A stretch of 63,794 nt of DNA, the filler included, from Octopus bimaculoides (taxonomy: Eukaryota): NCBI RefSeq assembly GCF_001194135.2. It is 7 parts of 7 records of this genome, joined end to end, with 100 filler letters (N's around TTAATTAATTAA, not from the genome) between each part and the next. Parts side by side here need not be neighbours in the genome. Positions count along the whole stretch, not along the records: positions 1 to 15,533 come from NC_068987.1; positions 15,634 to 33,175 come from NC_068984.1; 5 more parts are not named here. The stretch is one strand, 5' to 3'. Numbering within the stretch: position 1 is the first letter of the stretch; each line of letters opens with the position of its first letter. The notes beneath the pieces are model-generated. The model saw only the letters and a program-made list of their open reading frames with translations, ran no database searches and was not told the origin of the DNA. A program made the translations under genes and the position numbers. Positions 13,405 through 25,962 of this stretch are shown here, piece after piece.

Positions 13405-14137
13405 TATATACATATGCATACACATACACACACATATATATGCATATAAGTATATATATATACATATGTATGTATATATATATATATATATATNNNNNNN
13501 NNNNNNNNNNNNNNNNNNNNNNNNNNNNNNNNNNNNNNNNNNNNNNNNNNNNNNNNNNNNNNNNNNNNNNNNNNNNNNNNNNNNNNNNNNNNNNNNNNNN
13601 NNNNNNNNNNNNNNNNNNNNNNNNNNNNNNNNNNNNNNNNNNNNNNNNNNNNNNNNNNNNNNNNNNNNNNNNNNNNNNNNNNNNNNNNNNNNNNNNNNNN
13701 NNNNNNNNNNNNNNNNNNNNNNNNNNNNNNNNNNNNNNNNNNNNNNNNNNNNNNNNNNNNNNNNNNNNNNNNNNNNNNNNNNNNNNNNNNNNNNNNNNNN
13801 NNNNNNNNNNNNNNNNNNNNNNNNNNNNNNNNNNNNNNNNNNNNNNNNNNNNNNNNNNNNNNNNNNNNNNNNNNNNNNNNNNNNNNNNNNNNNNNNNNNN
13901 NNNNNNNNNNNNNNNNNNNNNNNNNNNNNNNNNNNNNNNNNNNNNNNNNNNNNNNNNNNNNNNNNNNNNNNNNNNNNNNNNNNNNNNNNNNNNNNNNNNN
14001 NNNNNNNNNNNNNNNNNNAGAGAGAAAGGGAGGAAGAGCAAGAGTGAGAGGGAAGAGAGACGGAGAAAATAAGAAAGTGAGATAATGGGCGAGAAAAAGT
14101 GTGTGTGTGTGTGTGTGTGTGCGTGTGTGTGTATGTT

Positions 14138-14175
<38 letters not shown>

Positions 14176-14347
14176 TGTGTGTGTGTGTGCCTACTAGCGT
14201 AGGGCTGTCAAAGAAAATAAGCTTTAGGAGATAAATGAAAAACCGGAAGAATCGGTAAAGGGTTTGCCAAAATTGTTGCTGTGCTGAATTCTCAGTTCGA
14301 TTCCTACTGAGGTCTATCTTTCTGTTAGAAATCGATTATATAGAATT

Positions 14348-14386
<39 letters not shown>

Positions 14387-14450
14387 CAGTAGTAGTAGTA
14401 GTAATAGTAGTAGCAGTAGTAGTTGTTGTGGTGGTGGTGGTGATTGTAAT

Positions 14451-14621
14451 GGGGGTGGGCTAGTCGATCGCATCGACCCTAGTGCGTAACTGGTACATCG
14501 GCCCTGAAAGGATGAAAGGCAAAGTCGACCTCGGCGGGATTTGAACTCGGAACGTAAGGATGGACGAAATGCTGCTAAGCATTTGCCTCGGCGTGCTCAC
14601 GATTCTGCCGGTTCGCCGCCT
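14451..14621 (-). mobile_element. SINE family B
   Basis: GAAAGGATGAAAGGCAAAGTCGACCTCGGCGGGATTTGAACTC...CGATTCTGCCGGTTCGCCGCC. Confidence 0.85.
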
Positions 14622-14832
14622 TCTGAAGATCTATGAATGCCAATATCTATAAAAACCGGTATGGTACATGAAGAGAAAAAGGGGATAGAGGAGGAGAGGT
14701 GGAGAGGAGGGAGGGTGATAGGGGAGAGATAGAGGGGAGAGAGAAAAGAATAGTAGTAGTAGTAGTGTTGGTGATAGCAGCAGCAGCAGCATTAGTAGTA
14801 GGAGTAGTAGTAGTAATAGTAGCAGCAGCAGC

Positions 14833-14894
<62 letters not shown>

Positions 14895-14897
<3 letters not shown>

Positions 14898-15055
14898 CTT
14901 AGCAGAATTGTCAGAGCGTCATTCAAAGATACGGTATGCGTTCCGTTGGGCTTTCGGAGTTCAAATCCTGTTCCATGCCAGCTAAGCTGTTTATACTTCC
15001 TCGGTCGATAGAGCAACATACCAGTTATATGCTGGGATCAATATAATCAAGTACT
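14895..15055 (+). mobile_element. SINE family B, degenerate
   Basis: GCAGAATTGTCAGAGCGTC...GAGTTCAAATCC...TACCAGTTATATGCTGGGATC; lies next to (GTA)n. Confidence 0.65.
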
Positions 15056-15533
15056 GATTTATGTCAGCGTGGAAACGTACAATGAGCTAACATCGTACGA
15101 TAGACCCGCCACCTTCGAACTTCTGTTTCAATGTAACAACCACTTGACTTATGATTGAAAATCAAAATAGATGCATGAGTAAATAATAAAATAAGTAAAA
15201 CTGCGACACAAAACTACATAGAGTAACTTAATTCTGTTAATAAATATATTTTTCTACTGGTTAAACATATTCGAACTATAATACAGGATTTAATTTCAAC
15301 ACAAATAAACTTAAAAATAAAACCAAACAATCAAGAATTTCACAACTTACAAGTAAAAATAGGGTGGATACACATCCGCACACACACTCACACACATATA
15401 CAGACATAGACACACACACGCAAACATATATATGTTTACATATATATATATATATATACATATATATAATACTATATGTATATGTGTGTGTACTGAGAGA
15501 GGAATGGATATATGCATATATATGCATATATAT

Positions 15534-15633
15534 NNNNNNNNNNNNNNNNNNNNNNNNNNNNNNNNNNNNNNNNNNNNTTAATTAATTAANNNNNNNNNNN
15601 NNNNNNNNNNNNNNNNNNNNNNNNNNNNNNNNN
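15534..15633. other. Artificial scaffold-join spacer (44N-TTAATTAATTAA-44N)
   Basis: Exactly 100 bp; the palindromic 12-mer puts stop codons in all six frames; identical in six places. Confidence 0.95.
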
Positions 15634-15666
<33 letters not shown>

Positions 15667-15678
15667 ATGTGTTTGTAT

Positions 15679-15882
15679 GTCTGTGTTTGTCCCCCCAACA
15701 TCGCTTGACAACCGATGCTGGTGTGTTTACGTCCCCGTAACTTAGCGGTTCGGCAAAAGAGACCGAAAGAATAAGTACTAGGCTTCCAAAGAATAAGTCC
15801 TGGGGTCGATTTGCTCGACTAAAGGCGGTGCTCCAGCATGGCCACAGTCAAAAGACTGAAACAAGTAAAAGAGTAAAAGAGT
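15679..15882 (+). mobile_element. SINE family A 3' half, young copy
   Basis: GTCCCCCCAACATCGCTTGACAACCGATGCTGGTG...GGCGGTGCTCCAGCATGGCC...AAGAGTAAAAGAG. Confidence 0.85.
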
Positions 15883-15904
15883 ATATACACACACACACAT
15901 ATAT

Positions 15905-15937
15905 GGCGTGACTCAGAGTTTCCCCATTTCCCCGGAA
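15905..15937. promoter_or_regulatory. Candidate AP-1 + STAT/ETS motif cluster
   Basis: TGACTCA at 15909-15915, TTCCCGGAA at 15928-15936, and a kappaB-like GAGTTTCCCC between them. Motif match only. Confidence 0.3.
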
Positions 15938-16076
15938 ACGAGAAGATCCGAGTAGTGTTTGAAGTATCCCTGTACTCAATCTAACATCGCTGACTTTCCT
16001 CAACACAGCAGTTTGAACCCGTCGCCGTCACTATATACATACAAGTGTATATATATATATAAAGCAAACTTACGAC

Positions 16077-16108
<32 letters not shown>

Positions 16109-16111
16109 TAT

Positions 16112-16251
16112 AGTCGTAAGTTTGCTTTCCAGCCACATGGTTCCGGGTTCAGTCTCACTGCTTGGCACTTAGGAGTAAAGGTCTTCTACTACAGCCTCAG
16201 GCTGACCAAACCCTTCTGAGTGGGTGACGGAAATTGAAGGAAGCCCGTGTA

Positions 16252-16290
<39 letters not shown>

Positions 16291-16510
16291 GGGTGTGTCT
16301 CACTACCACTTGTCAATCCGTGTTGGTGTTTACCTCCCAGTAAACTCGCGGTTCGGCAAAAGTAACCGATAAAATAAGTACCAGGTTTTAAACAACAAAA
16401 GCAAAACAAAAAAAAAACATAAGAACTGGCGTCGATTCGATCGACTAAACATTTTTCAAGGCTGTGCCCCAGCTTGGCCGCAGTCCAATGACTGAAAACA
16501 AACGAAAGAC
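16112..16510 (+). mobile_element. SINE family A, near full length with internal (TG)n
   Basis: tRNA-like head GGTTCCGGGTTCAGTC (B box), GGCACTTAGGAGTAAAGGTCTTCT core, (TG)n, and 3' half ending GACTGAAAAC. Confidence 0.85.
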
Positions 16511-17039
16511 ATATATACAACAGGCCCGTACTGAATTCGTCTCCATATACACCTAGATTCCAATAAACATAATATACATACTTCGATTCTTATATATATA
16601 CATACTTCCATGTAATATTGACAACTATATATACATATTGATAGAATACAGATCCTTACCCATATTTCATATTGTATATATATATATATATATACACACA
16701 CACATACACACATACCTTTAATATCTAGCCCTTTACTTACTATACATGCAGACTATATACACACCTATACAATCTAGTCCCCAGCTTATACATACGCGTC
16801 AATATAAATCATACTATACAACTCAAAATAAAACACCCATCACTATATATAATATATACAGGTCCAACACAGACTCCCTATTATATCTATATATCATAAT
16901 GTATTATTATAACAGACTCCTTACTATATATATATACACACACACACAGACAGACACACGCTTCAATATAATACCCACTACTGCTGTATATACACACACA
17001 TCTCGGTATCAAACTAGAGAATGAACCTTTACACGAATA

Positions 17040-17320
17040 ATCGGTTTGCTAGAAATAGCAGCTTCTCGTCAACCTCATAGTACTGATCTTAGGAAAAGGA
17101 AAGGCCATTTTGAATGTGGTTGTGGATAACATATTATCTAAACATAAGTGGGGGTGGTCACGGTTGGACAAGCTTTATTCGTGAGTCAGCTCCAATAGGG
17201 CAGACCTGGGGCTAACAATATTCGGGTATACCTCACATTTTTTCTTTGGTATCCCAGCTTAATGAGAAAGACTCTCCATGCTTGCTCGTTCTGTTAGAAA
17301 TAGCAGTCAAATCCATCCTA
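17040..17320 (+). mobile_element. Dispersed repeat body (family E), partly duplicated
   Basis: Two GAAATAGCAG starts and GGTGGTCACGGTTGGA...GACCTGGGGCTAA. Confidence 0.6.
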
Positions 17321-17963
17321 TCATATGAGTGAGTGCTTCCTTACAAAAGGAAGCACTCAAACCCGGAGATCCGGATACAGTACTCCAGGGAAGAAGAACA
17401 AGACGAAACGGTTACAGTTGAGTGCTTTTGATTACAGGTGTTTTATGAAGGCTAATTGGTGCTCAAGAACAGCTCCACCTTTTCGTTTCAAGACTACACT
17501 CGACCATTTTGACACACAGGCCATATAGTTCTTAATAGCCAACCCATTAAATAAACGGGATGGTCATAATTAGAATACATTTAGGTCTGTTCGATTATGC
17601 TGAACAGGAAGTCGACAGTAACAGAGCCTTAACTCCATAGTGTGTGTGTGTGTGTGTGTGATGTAGTTGCCAGTTTCCAAACACCTTTTCATAACAAAAA
17701 AACAAAAAAAAAACGGATATGAAGATATATTTTATACTGTGTATATATAATGATAGTTTGTGGTTTTCATATATAAGACAGTTTATACACAAAACATTAA
17801 TATATACACATATATAGATATACATACACACACATAGATACGTACATATATTCGGAGTTTTGCGCTGCGCTTTAAATGTAATAAATTTTAATAAATATAA
17901 TACTACAAACTGTTTTCAGTGCCTTTCCCTCACGTTTGTAAACACAAACGCATTAAATTACAT

Positions 17964-18009
<46 letters not shown>

Positions 18010-18533
18010 TATATATACATATTTACATGTACACGTGTGTGTGTAAATGATGTTTATATTTATAATTACATCTTACACAGCAGAAAGCGAATGAAATACG
18101 TACATACATGCATACACACATGCATACACACATACATACACACACACATATATACACACACATATACATACACATATATATACATATATATATATATACA
18201 TACACAAATATATACACACGCACACATATACATACTTATAAACACACACATATATACATATATAAACACACACACACACACATATATAAACACACACACA
18301 CACACATATATAAACACACACACACATGTATATAAACACACACACACATATATATATATATAAACACACACACATAAATACACACACATATAAACACATA
18401 CACATATATAAACACACATATATATACACACACACACATATAAACACACACACATATATATGAACACACACACACATATAAACACACACACATATATAAA
18501 CACACACACATATATAAACACACACACATATAA

Positions 18534-18593
<60 letters not shown>

Positions 18594-19206
18594 ATATATG
18601 TATATGGCCTAGAATAAACATGTCTTCATTATTGAACTGTATTTATAGATTATAGAGAAAAAAGGAAGTGGATTTAGAAACAAGAGCTTGTTTCCTCATC
18701 AGCTGAGAAAGTGAAGTCCCTCCTGGATTGGGGAATACCACATCAGAAGACGAAGGATGTTGAGGAAATGATGTAGAATATATGTTTGTGCGTAGAGAAC
18801 GGATTGAGCACTAAATGCATGGCACGCACACTTCATTATTTACCATACAAAACAATCAGTGAATTTACACCGTTGTATATATACGTCCTTTATTCAATTT
18901 CCCACTACACATATATATATATATATAATAACCATGCTATAATCTCTCTCTTTCTCTCTATATATACACTGGAATATCTAACAGACAGGTATCAGGATAC
19001 AAAGAGATGAATGGAAGTTAATATAACAAAAGAAGTTATTAATAAGAAGGCATGTGTTTTGTTGCAAGGCCACAAGTGTAAATATATAAAGCCTGGACAC
19101 AAAATGGGGGTTGCATTCTGTATAGTCACCAAGTAATATATCGATCCCCCATTTCGGGGATGATTTGTAAATACGGAAAAATTAATTAAAAATATTAATA
19201 ACTTAC

Positions 19207-19620
19207 CATTCAACAAAGATTTTCCTAGAATTTTTGGTTTCTTCTTTTGGGTTCTTGTGGGGGGAGGGGTGTCTCACTTATTCCAAACAGAACAAAATAA
19301 CAGAAGGAAACAAGGGGGGGGAAAAAGACGGGTTTAAAAAAAACGGGGGTCGTTAATAATTCCTAACGAACAAACCAACATAAAGAACAAAAAGTCTAAA
19401 GGATCAACTGTTTGTAAAAGTAAAATCCCGAAGGAATGTGTGGTCAACAGTGTCGATGTCCATTAGTGAGGTGTTGGTTGTACACTATCGAGGTAGTGGT
19501 GCTGGTAGTGTTGCTCAGACCTTCTTCTGGCTACACTAAACACAACAACATGTCTCTCTGACGACGTCTTCAACAAACGGGACGCCATTTTGGCCTTACT
19601 TCATCACTGCTGCTGCTCCT
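19207..19620 (-). other. Candidate first exon (5' UTR plus start ATG) of an unidentified minus-strand gene
   Basis: Minus strand reads ...TTGAATG|GTAAGTT followed by a T-rich intron start; YY1-type AAAATGGCG near the 5' end (19583-19591); non-repetitive sequence next to a 1.8-kb GA-rich block. No downstream coding exon recognised. Confidence 0.4.
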
Positions 19621-20099
19621 CCTTCACCTCTTTTACCATCTTTATAATCATCCTCATTCACCCTCTCATTGTGCTTATTCGCTCTCTCTCTTTTTTTTCA
19701 CTGCAACCCTCTCATCGCTTCTGGTCCACCCCCACCACTATCAAGTCTTCTAGTGTATCGTCACTCACACTCAGGTGTTACTTCTTTCTCTTTCTGTTTC
19801 CCTCTCTGCTCTGGTGCCTCCTCCTCACTCATAATTGTTCTTTCATTCTTTTTCTTTCCTTATGACCCTCTTACCACTGCTCCTTCACCTTCCCCACAAC
19901 TCCGGCTACTGTCATTGCTCACACTCTCATAGTAGTTCTTCTCTGTTTCTTTCTCCCACTCCCTCTCAATACTACTGCTTCACCGTCATCTCCCCCGTCT
20001 TACAGTTGTTCCTCTCTCTTTTTACTCCGTAGACACTTACTCGCTCACTCACCGATCCATTATCTCCATCAACATCATCATAATCATACAGCAATACTC

Positions 20100-20133
<34 letters not shown>

Positions 20134-21450
20134 GTTGTTCTGCCACCGTCGTCTGCGTCATCTCCCTTTCAATACTGTTGCCCCCTTCACCACCATCACC
20201 ACCACCACCACCATCACCTCATCCTCTTACTCTCTTATTGTTCTCTCACCTTTTCCCCTACTACTCTTTCATTACTGTTACTTCACCACCACCACCACCA
20301 CCACCACCTTCACTACGTCATATCTACTTCACTCACACTCTCATAGCAGTTCTCTCTCTCCTCTTCCCCTCTCGATACTGTTGCTTCACCATAACCGCCA
20401 CCCCTGTCACCTTTCAACAACCCATTGTCTCACTCTTTCACTCTCCACTCTCTCTTATTGCCGTTTCTCCACCGCCGTTGTCACTCTTACAGTCAACTAC
20501 GTCGTCTCCTTCCTCCTACTCCCTCTCTCTATCATGTCTTGTTCCACTCCACCTTTACACTCATCATCTCCCACACTTATTGTATTTTATCTCACTCAGT
20601 TCTTGTTGTTACCTCTCTCATTCATTTTCATAGTAGTTCCCCCTCTCTCACTCCTTTAATCTATTCACTTCTCTCATTCCCTTCACTCATAACTTATCTC
20701 TTTTCCTATCTCTTTTTCTATTACAGTAGTTCTCTCTGTCTCTCACTCTCTCAATCTCTCTCTCACTCTCTCAATCTCTCTCTCACTCTCTCAATCTCTC
20801 TCTCACTCTCTCAATCTCTCTCTCACTCTCTCAATCTCTCTCTCTCTCTTTCTCTAATCCGTATGAGAATTTTACTTGACTCTTTTTCTCTCCGTTTTTC
20901 TTATACATCTTCCCCCATCTCACACTCAAACTTCCATAGTAGTTCCAACTCTCTTTCATACATTTCTCTCTTTCGCTGTCTTTCTTTCGCTCCTTTCTCG
21001 GACATACATTCACTTTCTTCAGTGATTCTTCTCTTTCTCTAATCCAACTACTTTATTTCTCATTTACTGTCTCTTTTTCTTTCTCTTAGGGACCAGGACG
21101 CCTTTCTCTCTCTTTCTCTTAGCGACTAGGCCCCCTATCTCTCTCTTTCTCTCGCTCTCACTTTTTCTCTTTCTCTCATTCTCTCTCTCTTACTCATGCT
21201 CAATTTCTTTCTTTTCCTCTCTCTTTCTCTCTCTCTATATATCTTACTTTATCATTCTATCCTTATCCCTTCACTTTCTTTTCTGTCTATCAACCAGCCT
21301 CTTCCTCACGTCACCCCTTTGTCTACCCTTCTCTCATGTCCAGGCTATCGTTCTCCTACTGTATTCCTCCTCCATTACGTTCTTCTACTTTTATTGGTGT
21401 CTATCTTTAGCCTTCATCTTCAATTTGTGTTTGCCCATTATCCCAATAAC
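19600..21450. repeat. Long CT-rich low-complexity block with (CAC)n and an 18-bp minisatellite
   Basis: Pyrimidine-rich plus strand; CTCTCTCACTCTCTCAAT tandem at ~20735-20840. Confidence 0.85.
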
Positions 21451-22040
21451 ATTCCCTAGATTACTGGCACAATCAGAGTAGTACCATCTACTTTAAAGTC
21501 TTTAAACTGTAAACGCGCCGAAACTATGACGAGTTTGGTCTCCATGGCTAATGAGAGGATTTCCATGTTTATCTATGTTGTTAATTGACTTTTCGTGTTG
21601 CCAAAATTATTCAACTATTTCCTATATATATATATATATATATATATNNNNNNNNNNNNNNNNNNNNNNNNNNNNNNNNNNNNNNNNNNNNNNNNNNNNN
21701 NNNNNNNNNNNNNNNNNNNNNNNNNNNNNNNNNNNNNNNNNNNNNNNNNNNNNNNNNNNNNNNNNNNNNNNNNNNNNNNNNNNNNNNNNNNNNNNNNNNN
21801 NNNNNNNNNNNNNNNNNNNNNNNNNNNNNNNNNNNNNNNNNNNNNNNNNNNNNNNNNNNNNNNNNNNNNNNNNNNNNNNNNNNNNNNNNNNNNNNNNNNN
21901 NNNNNNNNNNNNNNNNNNNNNNNNNNNNNNNNNNNNNNNNNNNNNNNNNNNNNNNNNNNNNNNNNNNNNNNNNNNNNNNNNNNNNNNNNNNNNNNNNNNN
22001 NNNNNNNNNNNNNNNNNNNNNNNNNNNNNNNNNNNNNNNN

Positions 22041-22099
<59 letters not shown>

Positions 22100-22105
<6 letters not shown>

Positions 22106-22480
22106 AGGTTGGGAATCCACTGTGCCAACTATCGCCTCATCGTAGTTATTTCCAATGTGCCAAAGTTAATAAGGACATCCATGAATGATACTCTTCTTCA
22201 GTGCCGCCATCCTCCCTCGGATCCCAAAGTGCCGTCCTCCATAAAAGCATCGTTCGGGGTGGGCCATCTCTTGTCTGCCACCCATCTACGCTACTGACTT
22301 TAAAATCTTTCTCTCTCCTTACTGACCATCAAGACGGTCGACACAACCAAATTTACTGGAGACCAAATGGCTTCACTATTGCAACATATCGGCTTCGTTA
22401 TGACCCACATCCTTTCAACTCTGGTGTTCCCTAGATTTCGATTTTGACACCCTCTTCACATTCTTCCTCCCACACAGTAA
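22100..22480 (+). mobile_element. CR1/L2/Jockey-group LINE RT fragment, decayed
   Basis: CANYRLIVVISNVPKL (NYRPISL-like) ... PFNSGVP*ISIL (SGVPQGSIL-like). Confidence 0.65.
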
Positions 22481-23029
22481 TGCTCTATTGTTTCCTAGGG
22501 CTAAATAACAGTAGCATTCTTCCCTTTCATGGGACTGTCACATTAAGTTGACAACATACTATCGACTTTAATGGTCTATCTGTTGTCACCTCCAGCCACA
22601 ACCAAACCGACTACAAATGTTATCACCCGTTATTCTTCTGTAGCCTTCCATATCCAAGCTTAATCCTATGAGGAAAAGCTCTCGAAGACATTAATCTTAT
22701 ATGCTTTAGCAGCAAAAAAAAACTTTACTCGCCGTGAATGAACATAAGCACTGTATATGTTATAACACACATACACACACACACAAAATTCATTGTCTCA
22801 CTCTTACTAAACATAAATATTATGCAACTAGAACCCTCACAAATCGCTTCAAATGCTAGGAATCACCAATGGAATAGCTAGAATGCGTGCCGTGTGGGGA
22901 TATCCCTTCATTTTGCCGGATCCCGAAGCATACAGGCTTATACAGCAGACCGCCAAAAGTGCTGCCCTATTAAGTGTCGCCCGGGACGGACCACCCACTT
23001 CGGCTCACCGTCTATCTATCAGTTTCTGT

Positions 23030-23191
23030 TTTTCTGTCTGTTCATCTATCTATATATGTCTGTCTGTGAGTCTATCTCTCTATCTATCTATCTACCTATC
23101 TATTTATCTATTTATCTGTCTGTCTGTCTGTCTGTCTGTCAGTCTGCCTGCCTGCTTGCCTGTTAGTTTGCTTGCCTGTTAGTTTGCTTGC

Positions 23192-23222
<31 letters not shown>

Positions 23223-23400
23223 CCCGTCTGCCCGACTGTCTGTCTGCCTGCTTGCCTGTCTGTCTGCCTGCCTGTCTGTCCGTCCGTCCGTCCGTCCGTC
23301 AGTCTGTCTGCCCGTCTGCCCGACTGTCTGTCTGCCTGCTTGCCTGTCTGCCTGCCTGTCTGTCTGGCTCCTCATCCGTTTGTACGTCTCCCTATCTGCC
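23030..23400. repeat. Compound (TCTA)/(CTGT)/(CCTG)/(CCGT) tetranucleotide array
   Basis: Simple repeat containing an internal ~70-bp duplication (~23191-23260 vs ~23275-23345). Confidence 0.9.
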
Positions 23401-23880
23401 TGTCTTTCAACGTATGTATTTATCTAATCAATCTACATCACTTTTCACTCACACATACTCACACACGCACATAAACACAAAAACACACATACGTAGCTAC
23501 GCATACACATACATGCACACCTACTGACATTCATTTATACACACACACACAAGTGTATATGTAAACAAGTTCACGGCAATAAATATACCCAACACACCAC
23601 CCAGTAAAACAATAAACCACAAAATAAAGCGTATTCCGCGAACCAAATGCACCCTGGCTATAGAATAGATGAACACTTCGTATAAAAATTCTCTTCAAAC
23701 AGAACAGAATACAAATTACACCCAACCATAAACCAACATTTAATGATATATTACAACGGCTCAACAGTCTCATCAGCTACAAACAGTAAGCCTGCAATTC
23801 ACACAGAACAAACTTTAGATGACTAATGTGTTTTAGAAATTTAGTAACAAACATGAAAGTTATAAGCCTCATGACTCTTG

Positions 23881-24440
23881 TTGTTACTTTGGACATACAA
23901 CTACTACACTATCTTGTTAACTGGCGATGCATCTATAATAAGGAGGCAATGTAGCACATTGAAATTACATAGCCAGAAAACTAGACAGAAAGTCTAATGT
24001 ATTTTATAAATTTAGAAGCAGATATTATTCTAGCTGTTAATTTGGACATACAGCTACTACTCTTTCTTGTTGACTGATTATGCTTCTATAACAAGGAGGC
24101 AATGTAGCATATTGTATTACATAGCGCAACAAGCAAACTAGAAAACAAAGCAAATGTATCTTATAAATTCAGAAGTGATTATGATTCCAGTTGTTATATT
24201 GGACAAACAATCACAAGACTTTCTTGTTAAGTGATTATGCATCTACAACAAAGTCCCACAACTCAATAAGAATAACTACTTAGAAAAGCAATATATTTTA
24301 TTAATTCAGAAGTAAACGTGAGTGTAGCAGTTATTGTGAACATACAACTACTACACTTTTGTTATTCATTGCAACTATAACAAGGAACCACTGTAACACG
24401 ATGTATGACATAATATAGCAACTAAATTAGATGGAAAACT
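23881..24440. repeat. Diverged ~150-bp tandem repeat, about 4 units
   Basis: TGTTA.TTTGGACATACA.CTACTAC recurs at ~23882, 24035, 24192 and 24331. Confidence 0.8.
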
Positions 24441-24774
24441 ATGAGCAGATAATTTGTCCACCTTGTATAAATTCCTTTAAACAATTAAGTGTTTATAAAT
24501 AAGAAGCTTTATTAATAACAAAATAACTTGCAAAGTGGCTGGCTTTGTGCCAAATTTAGAAGCTATTAATAAAATGCAATGTAGAATTTAACTATCAAAT
24601 AACACAATCCTAGTAAGAAACTAACACCGGATATTAGTGAAACGAAAGAAATTTGATGTTAATAACAAAATGTAACATAGAACTTGACTGGGTCAAACGA
24701 AGGAGTCTTCGTATAGTATTTCGAATTTGCTGGAAATACCAGCTAAATCTTACGAATAATCGGAAACCGTATAT

Positions 24775-25225
24775 TGGTTTCAAATTTTGGTACAAGGCCA
24801 GAAATTTCGGGGGAGTGGGTAAGTCGAAAAGATAAAAGGATGAAAGGCAAAGTCGACTCCGGCGGCGCTTGAACTCAGAAAACAATTTTTCCCATGCGGT
24901 AGCGATTCGGCCAGCTCGGCGCCTTAATCGGAAACATATATTTATTTCTTTATTACCCACAACGGGCTAAACATAGAGGGGACAAACAAGGATAGACAAA
25001 GGGATTAAGTCGATTACATTGACCCCAGTGCGTAACTGGTACTTATTTAATGGGCTCCGAAAGGATGAAAGGCAAAGTCGTATTTGGGTCTAAGTCTCCG
25101 TGACAGCGGTTCGGCAAAATACTGATAGAATAAGTACTAAACTTTAAAATAAGTACTAAGGGGGGAGGGGCGATTTGTTCGACAAAAGCCCTCCAAAGCG
25201 GTGCTCCAGCATGGCCACAGTAAAA
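24775..25225. mobile_element. Cluster of SINE B (two, minus strand) and SINE A 3' fragment (plus strand)
   Basis: GGATGAAAGGCAAAGTCG occurs twice; AAGGCGGTGCTCCAGCATGGCC-type tail. Confidence 0.8.
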
Positions 25226-25744
25226 GAGAAAAGATAAATAAGAGTTGGTAGTGAAACTGGAAAATATAAGAAAGCCAAGAGAAGGGGGCGGCAGTGGTGC
25301 GTGCTATCGGTAGATCTGTTTTCGTTATACAATGAAATCATTTTCTAGGATTTATTGAACGTATAACCTTTGTACAGTGAGAAGCATAAACAGCAACAAT
25401 ACCTGTTGTACAAACAAGACAATCTTCACAACATTATCAAAGAAGGATCTACAAACATTAATTAGTACTGTTAATGACTCAATCATTTTCACCTGACATG
25501 CCTGCGAAAAATTTCCATCATCAAGTGAGAAGATAAAACTTCTATTGTGCTTGAGAGAGCTAATGTGTCAAACATGTCGGCTTTCTGAAATAAATTGCAA
25601 CTGCGGTAGAGTTGCCGAGCTAGCAGTTAACCATCGGTCACAATGGACCGAAGAAGCGATGCAAAGACACTCTCATTATGATTTTGAAAAAACATATAAC
25701 TTGTGTGGCACCTTGGGCAAATGTTTTTGATTCTTGTTTTATTC

Positions 25745-25962
25745 GGGTGGACTCCCTTAACCATTCGATGATTTTAAAAATCCTCTTCTATTTTCATAAT
25801 TAAATATCATTAGCAATTGCATAAAAAATTTGTTAAAATATTTTGTATATTGAAGGAATATAAACAATTTATTGCACAAAAATTTAACATTAAAATCAAA
25901 TATGGACACGAAGAGTCATACGAACCCCTAAAGTTCATATGGGCCCCGGTTGAGAATTACTG
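25745..25962. mobile_element. hAT-like DNA transposon/MITE end
   Basis: Reverse complement begins CAGTAATTCTCAACCGGGGCCCATATG, resembling Charlie-type CAGTGGTTCTCAAC TIRs. Confidence 0.5.

Noticed and set aside
18670-18705. Minus-strand CUGAUGA-G-GAAAC next to the GAAACAAG/CTTGTTTC palindrome
   Set aside because: Stem II is absent, so the hammerhead fold cannot form.
18703-18776. Possible plus-strand terminal exon (AEKVKSLLDWGIPHQKTKDVEEMM*)
   Set aside because: Short, unsupported, and on the opposite strand to the better first-exon candidate.
23881-24440. CRISPR-like reading of the repeat array
   Set aside because: Eukaryotic context, long diverged units rather than identical repeats with unique spacers, and no cas genes.
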